Positions 57,504-64,000 of a stretch of DNA of 64,000 nucleotides are shown here, piece by piece (position 1 is the first letter of the stretch; every line of letters starts with the position of its first letter). Location of the stretch: assembly GCA_945890715.1 (NCBI GenBank), contig CAMDCX010000001.1, positions 13,751 to 77,750 of the forward strand. The letters run 5' to 3'. The notes below the pieces were generated by a model. The model was not told where the DNA came from, did not search any database, and saw only the letters and a list, made by a program, of their open reading frames with translations. The position numbers were made by a program, and so were the translations under genes. This DNA comes from PVC group bacterium. Its GTDB lineage: Bacteria; Verrucomicrobiota; Kiritimatiellia; CAIKKV01; CAITUY01.

Positions 57504-58151
57504 TCAGATGCAGGTTCTTCCGGTTGCTCGTTCAAACTGGCGCATGATGACGGCACGAACTTCATGCAGGGTGGGACAGGTCGGGCCCAGGATCGCCTTG
57601 AGGGATGTGACCTTTTCACCCTGCAAGCCGCAGGGGATGATGGTGTTGAATCCAGCCAAATCAACGTCCACATTGAAGCTCATGCCGTGCGAGGAAACCC
57701 ATTTTTTGAAACGGACGCCGATGGCCGCCAACTTTCCCGATTCGGTCCAGACCCCCGTTTTTCCTTTTCTCCGGAAGGCAGGGACGATGAATGCGTCGGC
57801 TGTTTGGATGGCGATTTCCTCTAGTTTATTGACGAAGGCGTGCGCATCGGCCTCCGCCCCGGTGAGTTTCATGATGGGGTAGAGAATCAGCTGGCCCGGG
57901 GCGTGGTAGGTCACATCACCCCCGCGGGGCGTTTCATAAAGAGCGATTCCCCGACGGAGCAGGGCCTCAGCAGAGAGTAGAAGATGCTCGGGCTTGGTCC
58001 GGACCCCCATGGTGATCACCGGGCTGTGCTCCAGAATGAGGAGCGTGTCCGGAATTTCGTCCGCCTGCCTTTGCCCAACGAGCTTGTCCTGAAGCGTCAG
58101 GGCCTCAGGGTAGGGGACGGGATTGGGGAAAACCATGACCCGCATATTCAT
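57504..58151 (-). CDS. lipB: Octanoyltransferase (lipoyl(octanoyl) transferase)
   Basis: …LLILEHSPVITMGVRTK…GGDVTYHAPGQL…KVTSL, typical of LipB. Confidence 0.85.
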   Translation of the reverse strand: MNMRVMVFPNPVPYPEALTLQDKLVGQRQADEIPDTLLILEHSPVITMGVRTKPEHLLLSAEALLRRGIALYETPRGGDVTYHAPGQLILYPIMKLTGAEADAHAFVNKLEEIAIQTADAFIVPAFRRKGKTGVWTESGKLAAIGVRFKKWVSSHGMSFNVDVDLAGFNTIIPCGLQGEKVTSLKAILGPTCPTLHEVRAVIMRQFERATGRTCI

Positions 58152-59032
58152 GAGATGCGCTTGATGGTGTATTCCGCGAGGGCGATCAGGGGTTGCGGAT
58201 CGCCCGGGAGCGGTCGAATAGCCGCCACAGCGTCACGAATCAGGGCCTCCGCCTTATCCCGACTGGCCTGCAGCCCATGAACCGTGACATAGGTCAGTTT
58301 TTTCAGCTGTTCATCATTGCCCACGGGCTTCCCCAGTTGTTCCGGGGTGGAGGTCACATTCAGGATGTCGTCGGCAATTTGGAACGCAAGCCCTGCCGAG
58401 TCGCCGTAATGAGTCAGGGCGTCCAGCGAAGCGGGCGAAGCGCCGCCGCAAATCCCGCCCATGCGCACTGCCGCCCGGATCAGGGCGGCCGTTTTATGGC
58501 GGTGAATGTAGTCCAGAAGGTCGGCATCGGGATCCGTACCCTCGGCTGAAAGATCCTCGACTTGTCCGCCGATCACGCCCTGGCTTCCCCCTGCGATGGC
58601 GAGCTCCAGTGAAAGTTGGTTTGGAGAATAGGGGGGGGGTGCCTGGATTCCGGCAAGCCACTCGAAAGCCAGAGTCAGAAGGGCGTCGCCCGCCAGAAGA
58701 GCATTGGCCTCGCCGAACATGATATGGGAGGTGGGTCGCCCGCGGCGGAGTTCGTCGTCATCCATACAGGGAAGATCATCATGGATCAGGGTGTAGGTAT
58801 GGAGGATTTCCGTGGCAAGACCCGCCATGAGTGCCAATTCCGGCCTCCCTCCCACGGATTCACAGGCCGCCAGGCACAGGATGGGGCGCAGGCGTTTTCC
58901 GCCTGCCATGACGGAATATCGCATGGCCCGGTGCAGAATGGCAGGACGTGTTGTTTCGGGTGGCATCGTTCTTTCGAGCCCCGCCTCAACAATAGTTTTC
59001 CGCGCTTCAAGATAGGCATTCAAATCAAACAT
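58148..59032 (-). CDS. ispA: Polyprenyl (farnesyl/geranyl) diphosphate synthase
   Basis: First and second Asp-rich motifs are LIHDDLPCMDDDELRRGRPT and (Q)IADDIL. Confidence 0.9.
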   Translation of the reverse strand: MFDLNAYLEARKTIVEAGLERTMPPETTRPAILHRAMRYSVMAGGKRLRPILCLAACESVGGRPELALMAGLATEILHTYTLIHDDLPCMDDDELRRGRPTSHIMFGEANALLAGDALLTLAFEWLAGIQAPPPYSPNQLSLELAIAGGSQGVIGGQVEDLSAEGTDPDADLLDYIHRHKTAALIRAAVRMGGICGGASPASLDALTHYGDSAGLAFQIADDILNVTSTPEQLGKPVGNDEQLKKLTYVTVHGLQASRDKAEALIRDAVAAIRPLPGDPQPLIALAEYTIKRIS

Positions 59033-59059
59033 GATGATCTCTATATCACATTCCCCACT

Positions 59060-59077
59060 GTAATCGTAATCTTAATC
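59060..59077 (-). promoter_or_regulatory. Second copy of the GATTAAGATTACGATTAC motif, upstream of ispA
   Basis: The reverse complement of 59060-59077 equals 24464-24481 exactly (18 nt). It lies 28-45 nt upstream of the ispA ATG. Confidence 0.4.
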
Positions 59078-59370
59078 TCCTGGATTCCTAAACGAAGTAA
59101 AGATGAGCCCAGTGAGATGACCCACATAACAGTACTCAACTGCGTATCCTGCGGGTAGAGATATCAACACCTTCACACCACGGGTGAAAAAAGCAGAAAT
59201 ATTTAGAAGAATCCACTCCGCGGTAGGGTTCTACCCCATAGAACAAGGCCGGAGCGTGGACTAACTTAGAGACGGCAAGCAGGCAAACAGACGGCAGGAG
59301 ACGTGGCACTCCGGGCTTAGGCACTGTTGGATGCGATCAATCGAGTCATGGAAGGTGGAGTGAAACCGGA

Positions 59371-59868
59371 ATGAGTCTTGAACCGACAACATCCATGCTT
59401 CCCGACGGCGGGAGGCACGTCGTCGTCATAAGGTTCGGCGACATCAGGATTGCCTTGCGCCTTTCCGTGGTCGAGCGGGTAATCAGGGCGGTGACCGTTA
59501 CCACGGTGGCTGACGCCCCCGCGGACGTCGGCGGTCTGGTGAATGTTCACGGCACGGTGATCCCCATTCTTGACATCCGTTGTGTGTTTGGCGTTCCCCG
59601 GAAAGCCATTGTGCCTGCCGACCTGTTTGTCATTGCGGGGGCTGGCCAACGGAGGGTCGCCATACCGGTTGAGGAAGTGTTGGGCGTCGCCAAACCCGCG
59701 CCAGGCGCGGCCGTGCCGGCTGGCGACATTCTTCCCGGACTGGTCGGCTTCATTGAGGGCGCCGTCACGTTGGAAGACAGTATGATTCTGATATATGACC
59801 TGGAGCGGTTCCTGCGAAAAAATGGTTCGTTTCTTTTCGATCACGTTGTGCCTGGAGTTTCGCCATGA
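59371..59868 (+). CDS. cheW: Chemotaxis coupling protein CheW
   Basis: CheW fold; GGLVNVHGTVIPILDIRCVFG. Confidence 0.85.
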   Translation: MSLEPTTSMLPDGGRHVVVIRFGDIRIALRLSVVERVIRAVTVTTVADAPADVGGLVNVHGTVIPILDIRCVFGVPRKAIVPADLFVIAGAGQRRVAIPVEEVLGVAKPAPGAAVPAGDILPGLVGFIEGAVTLEDSMILIYDLERFLRKNGSFLFDHVVPGVSP

Positions 59869-61349
59869 ACACGGTTGCCATGAAACAAGATACGCTGGAG
59901 GCCGTAAGCAACCTGATCGAACGGCGCCTGGGGCTCCATTTTCCATCTGAACGCCACGACGTTCTTGCCCGCGGATTGGAGCGCGGCGGCACGGAGATGG
60001 GCTTTGCCGATTCCGAGGCGTGCGCGATCCGTCTTCTGGCCACTGGAATCACCCCGGCGGAACAGGACACTCTGGCGCTGGCATTGACGGTGGGCGAAAC
60101 CTATTTTTTCCGCGAACCTGCCGCTCTGAAAGCCCTTGAGGAGCACGTCCTGCCCGAACTGATCGCAGTACGCGGCAAAAGCGGGGAAAGGCGAATCCGA
60201 ATGTGGAGCGCCGGTTGCTGCACCGGCGAAGAGGCGTACACGCTGGCCATCATGCTCACCCGGCTGATTCCTTCTTTGACCGAATGGGACATCACGATTC
60301 TGGCCACCGATATCAACCCTGACTCCCTGCGTAAGGCCAGGGTCGGTCGATATCGGGAATGGTCGTTCCGGGGCGCACCTGCCTGGCTCAAGACCGGCTA
60401 TTTCAGCAAGTCCGCAAGCGACGAATACGAACTCGCCGAGCGCGTGCGGCAAATGGTCAGTTTCTCCTATCTGAATCTCGTCGACGACGTCTACCCGTCG
60501 CTGGTGAATAATACGTCGGCCATGGATGTCATTCTGTGTCGAAACGTGATGATGTATTTTTCCGCTGATCGCGCCAAACTGGTGGCCGGACGATTCCACC
60601 GGGCGCTTCTGGACGGCGGCTGGCTTGTCATGAGTCCCAGCGAGGGCTGCGCCGGGAGTTCCGCTCTTTTCGCCAGGGCGTCGTTCGACAACGCCTCGTT
60701 GTACCGGAAGAGTGGCGCCGTGGCGGTGCCCGTATTGCCGCCGTACGTCCTGTCTGCGACCGACCAGATGGGCGCCTGCGTCATTACCGGCTCGCCTCAG
60801 GCTCGCCCGCCAGGGAGTGATGTGATCCGTACGATATCACTCCCCACGGCACACTCGGAATCGCCCCTGGCGACCGCGGCCGCGGCATACGCGTGCGCGG
60901 ACTACGAAGCGGTCCTGGAGATCGCCGCCACCCTCCCGGAACCAGCGGTACCCGTTCTCGTGCTGGCGGCTCGCGCCTGCGCCAATCTCGGGCGGCTCGA
61001 CGAAGCCTTGGCGTGGTGTCGAACGGCCTTGGAACGTGACAAGCTGCACGCCTCCGTCCACCATCTGCAGGCGACCGTTCTCGTGGCCAAACACGACGAA
61101 CCCGCCGCGCTGGAAGCGCTGAAGCGCGTCCTGTACCTGGAGCCCCATTCCGTCCTGGCCCACTTCACAACGGCGAATCTCATGCTCCAGACCGGAGAAC
61201 CTGCCAAGGCCATGAAGTACTTCCGCAAGACCATGAGTCTCCTCCGTGCGCTGGATGACAGCGCGGTGGTTCCCGACAGCGATGGCATGACTGCGGAAAG
61301 GCTGAAAGTCATGGTGAAACACATTCAGGAAAGTTTGGCGAGAACATGA
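59865..61349 (+). CDS. cheR: Chemotaxis protein methyltransferase CheR with C-terminal TPR repeats
   Basis: The CheR SAM-binding core (RMWSAGCCTGEEAYTLAI) is followed by a TPR-like helical C-terminus. Confidence 0.85.
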   Translation: MNTVAMKQDTLEAVSNLIERRLGLHFPSERHDVLARGLERGGTEMGFADSEACAIRLLATGITPAEQDTLALALTVGETYFFREPAALKALEEHVLPELIAVRGKSGERRIRMWSAGCCTGEEAYTLAIMLTRLIPSLTEWDITILATDINPDSLRKARVGRYREWSFRGAPAWLKTGYFSKSASDEYELAERVRQMVSFSYLNLVDDVYPSLVNNTSAMDVILCRNVMMYFSADRAKLVAGRFHRALLDGGWLVMSPSEGCAGSSALFARASFDNASLYRKSGAVAVPVLPPYVLSATDQMGACVITGSPQARPPGSDVIRTISLPTAHSESPLATAAAAYACADYEAVLEIAATLPEPAVPVLVLAARACANLGRLDEALAWCRTALERDKLHASVHHLQATVLVAKHDEPAALEALKRVLYLEPHSVLAHFTTANLMLQTGEPAKAMKYFRKTMSLLRALDDSAVVPDSDGMTAERLKVMVKHIQESLART

Positions 61350-61894
61350 ACACGGCAAGCCACACAGACCAAAGTATTCTCGATGCGCGGGCCAGGGAAC
61401 TTGCGCGGCCCATTTCACGCAGGACAAGTGCCGAAGGGCAGCTCGCCGTTGTTGAGTTCCAGTTGGCTCACGAGTGCTACGCCATCGAGAGTCGGTTCGT
61501 GGCGGAAGTGTTCCCTTTTGGCGACATCACACCCTTGCCAAGCACGCCTGCGTTTGTCGTCGGAATCGTTAATTTCCGGGGAAGAGTCCTCTCCGTCATT
61601 GACCTGAAGTTCTTCTTTCAGTTGCCGATGAAAGGTTTGAATGACCGCAACCGCGCCATCGTGCTGCGGTCGGGCAACATGGAGTTCGGTGTTTTGGTCG
61701 ATGCGATGCACGGCACCCGGCGCATCGCGCAGGAGACGTTGCAGGAGGCGCTGCCGACGCTCTCGGGTATCCGGGAGAAGTATCTCAAGGGTGTTACACC
61801 CGACGGCGTGGTGGTCCTGGACGGCGGCAAGTTGCTTGCGGATGACGCACTGGTAGTGAGGGACCGAACAAACAAAGGAGAACGCGAACCATGA
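61346..61894 (+). CDS. cheW: Chemotaxis coupling protein CheW (second copy)
   Basis: CheW fold; VGIVNFRGRVLSVIDLKFFF. Confidence 0.85.
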   Translation: MNTASHTDQSILDARARELARPISRRTSAEGQLAVVEFQLAHECYAIESRFVAEVFPFGDITPLPSTPAFVVGIVNFRGRVLSVIDLKFFFQLPMKGLNDRNRAIVLRSGNMEFGVLVDAMHGTRRIAQETLQEALPTLSGIREKYLKGVTPDGVVVLDGGKLLADDALVVRDRTNKGEREP

Positions 61895-63735
61895 AAAAAC
61901 TGACGTTGGGCAAGAGAATGGGGCTGGCATTCGGCATATTGATCGTGTTGATGGGTGTACTTGGCGGCTTGGCGGCCTGGCGCATGAACCTGGCCGCAGT
62001 CAGTTCAGCGGATCTGTCCGCCAAATTCGTCCCGGAGGTCCTCGTCGCACAAAAGGTGGCCGTTGGTGCCTGGGCGACTCGGTTCAACATTCGCAACTAT
62101 ACCTTGACGGGCGATGAAGGCTTCCTGCTCAAAACCCGCAAAGGGATTGCCGCATTGAAAGACGAACTCAAAGCAGCGGACGAACTCGCGAAGGCCTATC
62201 CTGATCTCGTCGACCTGCGCCAGGGTGCGGTTGACTCCAGAATCGCTTTGGACACGTGGGAGGCGGACACCGACAAGATGGAGTCCGAACGCAATAACCT
62301 CAAGGTGCAGCACGGACTGCTCGATGCGGCCGGCGAGGCCTATATGCTGGCATGCCAGACGATGCGGGCTTCGGAAGAAAAGGCGATGAAGACTGAAATC
62401 GCCACGAACGCGGCCCCGGCCACACTAGACGAGCAGCTGACGAAACTCGTTAGGATGCAGATGTTGATCGACCATGGCATGGCCATTCGCCTTAACAACT
62501 TCAAGGCTCAGGCTATGGACGACATGGAGGCCCTGCGCGATGTACTCAAGGACTTTGCGCCTCTCGAGGAAGCCTGCACTGGGTTGGGGCCGTTAATGCA
62601 CCAACAGGAGAACATCACCCAGTTGCGCCAGATCCGGGAATACGCGAGCCGTTACAAGGACGCCATGGAGGCGGTGCTGAAAATCCAACTGACCGTCAAT
62701 GAACTCAAGGAGAAACTAGCCAATAGCGCGACGGTGCTCGTGGCCAAGGGTGAAGGGGTGTCAACCGGTGGTCTGGAACGTACAGCGAAGGCGGCAACGG
62801 AGGGAGCGCAGGGTCTCAATGTCACGATTGCCATTCTGCTTGCGGGGTTGGTTGTCGCCCTGATCGTGGGGGTCGTGGTCGCCTGGCTGTCCACGCGCGC
62901 CATTGCCGGGCCAATCCGCGAAGGGGCACAAGTGCTGGTCGCCGCTGCCGGTGAGGTATCCGCCACGGTCAGCCAGATTGCCGCCAGCGCCGGGGAGACG
63001 GCCTCTGCTGTCGCTGAAACCAGCACGACGATCGACGAGGTTCGACAGACCGCGCAACTCGCAAGGGAAAGCGCGAAGGGCGTCTCGGACGGCGCCCAGA
63101 GCGCGGTTCGCACTTCGCACACGGGATCGGACGCCGTACGTGCGAGCGTGGACGGCCTGAAGCGGATCGGCGAACAGATGAAGGCGATCACGCGCTCGGT
63201 CATGAGCATGAGTGAGAAGAGCCAGGCGATCGGCGACATCATCACCACCGTCAACGATCTGGCCGAACAGTCGAATCTTCTCGCCGTCAATGCCTCCATG
63301 GAGGCGGCCCGTGCAGGCGAACAGGGCCAAGCCTTTGCATCGGTGGCCGAGGAAATCCGTAGCCTTGCCAATCAATCCAAGGAAGCGACCAAGCAGGTGA
63401 GGGCGATTCTGAGTGACGTCCAGAAGGCGACAAGCACGGCCGTATTGACCACCGAACAGGGCGGCAAAGCCGTGCAGGAGGGGCAGAAACTCGCTGACCA
63501 GGCTGCGGAAGCCATCAACACCATGGCGGCAGCCATCACGCAGTCCGCCCAAGCCGCCATCCAGATCGCCGCATCAAGCCAACAGCAACTGGCCGGCACG
63601 GAACAGGTTGCCAACGCCATGGGGAACATCAAGGAAGCCAGCCTGCAGAACCAGGCGAGTACCACGCAACTGGCTACGGCTGCACGTAACCTGCAGGATC
63701 TGGGGATGAACTTGCGGAAACTGGTGGAGGGGTGA
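61891..63735 (+). CDS. Methyl-accepting chemotaxis protein
   Basis: N-terminal TM, a periplasmic four-helix-bundle-like sensor, a second TM, HAMP, and the highly conserved signalling hairpin (LLAVNASMEAARAGEQGQAFASVAEEIRSLA). Confidence 0.9.
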   Translation: MKKLTLGKRMGLAFGILIVLMGVLGGLAAWRMNLAAVSSADLSAKFVPEVLVAQKVAVGAWATRFNIRNYTLTGDEGFLLKTRKGIAALKDELKAADELAKAYPDLVDLRQGAVDSRIALDTWEADTDKMESERNNLKVQHGLLDAAGEAYMLACQTMRASEEKAMKTEIATNAAPATLDEQLTKLVRMQMLIDHGMAIRLNNFKAQAMDDMEALRDVLKDFAPLEEACTGLGPLMHQQENITQLRQIREYASRYKDAMEAVLKIQLTVNELKEKLANSATVLVAKGEGVSTGGLERTAKAATEGAQGLNVTIAILLAGLVVALIVGVVVAWLSTRAIAGPIREGAQVLVAAAGEVSATVSQIAASAGETASAVAETSTTIDEVRQTAQLARESAKGVSDGAQSAVRTSHTGSDAVRASVDGLKRIGEQMKAITRSVMSMSEKSQAIGDIITTVNDLAEQSNLLAVNASMEAARAGEQGQAFASVAEEIRSLANQSKEATKQVRAILSDVQKATSTAVLTTEQGGKAVQEGQKLADQAAEAINTMAAAITQSAQAAIQIAASSQQQLAGTEQVANAMGNIKEASLQNQASTTQLATAARNLQDLGMNLRKLVEG

Positions 63736-63775
63736 AGATCAGAAGGCAGAGGACAGAGAACAGAGGTCAGCGGTA

Positions 63776-64000
63776 TGGCACAGGCAAACGATAACGCCGT
63801 TCTGAAAAGCATCATGGTGACGTTCAAGGCGGAAGCCGAAGAACACCTCTTGGCTATTTCAGAAGGATTGACCGAACTGCGACGGATGCCGCCGTCCGGC
63901 GCGCGCGCTGAGGTTGTGGAGCGAATCTACCGCGATACGCACAGCCTCAAGGGCGCGGCCCGTTCCGTGGGCCTGGAGATGATCGAGGCGATCTGCCAGA
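63776..64000 (+). CDS. cheA: Chemotaxis histidine kinase CheA, N-terminal Hpt (P1) domain (truncated by window end)
   Basis: Hpt motif …YRDTHSLKGAARSVG… with the phospho-acceptor His. Confidence 0.75.

Noticed and set aside
59300-59325. Possible second sigma-54 promoter (GTGGCACtccggGCTTAGG) upstream of cheW
   Set aside because: The GG-GC spacing is off by two, so no TTGC falls at -12. It does not fit the -24/-12 geometry.
1-64000. CRISPR arrays, rRNA or tRNA genes
   Set aside because: No regularly spaced direct repeats and no tRNA cloverleaf candidates or rRNA-like conserved stretches were seen.

Overview
This is a GC-rich (about 60%) bacterial chromosomal segment. It is densely coded and mostly housekeeping.

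Identified genes, in order:
- alaS 3' end, a small double zinc-ribbon protein, lpxK, and an LPS heptosyltransferase.
- A large GT-C-like polytopic membrane protein.
- A CBS-domain protein followed by a complete bidirectional NAD-reducing [NiFe] hydrogenase cluster (hoxF-hoxU-hoxY-hoxH-hoxW).
- A hemolysin-III family protein, mntH, pheS-pheT, dtd.
- A nudix hydrolase, rfbB, a flavodiiron protein, a B12-binding radical SAM enzyme.
- prfB (with its programmed +1 frameshift), yicC, gmk, tatD, a COG2509-like flavoprotein, a DUF167/YggU protein, and a 1221-aa pyruvate:ferredoxin oxidoreductase.
- An EF-G paralog, a PflX-like radical SAM, yebC, ruvC, ruvA, a secreted protein, ruvB.
- dnaK-groES-groEL, rpoZ, smpB, a BatD-like protein, a glutamine amidotransferase, proB, proA, lipB, ispA.
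- A chemotaxis cluster: cheW, cheR-TPR, cheW, mcp, and the cheA 5' end.

The non-routine content is:
1. A tight operon encoding a cytoplasmic sensor histidine kinase with an uncharacterised Cys-containing N-terminal domain, a URO-D/MtaA-like methyltransferase and a His-on corrinoid (B12-binding) protein. It is divergently paired with a REC-PP2C phosphatase response regulator. This is the best candidate for an undescribed corrinoid-coupled signalling module.
2. A small accessory islet directly after the PFOR terminator. It contains a topoisomerase-type zinc-ribbon remnant, a Gp49/HigB-like toxin with an HTH antitoxin, a RhuM-family protein, and a lipoprotein plus UPF0314 membrane-protein pair.
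3. A roughly 240-bp element with 21-bp terminal inverted repeats (MITE-like) immediately 3' of smpB.
4. A family of REP/BIME-like GC-rich hairpins, occurring as inverted pairs between convergent genes and carrying compensatory stem substitutions.
5. A perfect sigma-54 -24/-12 promoter and an 18-bp perfect palindrome upstream of dnaK.
6. An 18-nt GATTAC-type motif shared by the upstream regions of the flavodiiron gene and ispA.

No rRNA, tRNA, tmRNA or CRISPR array was found.
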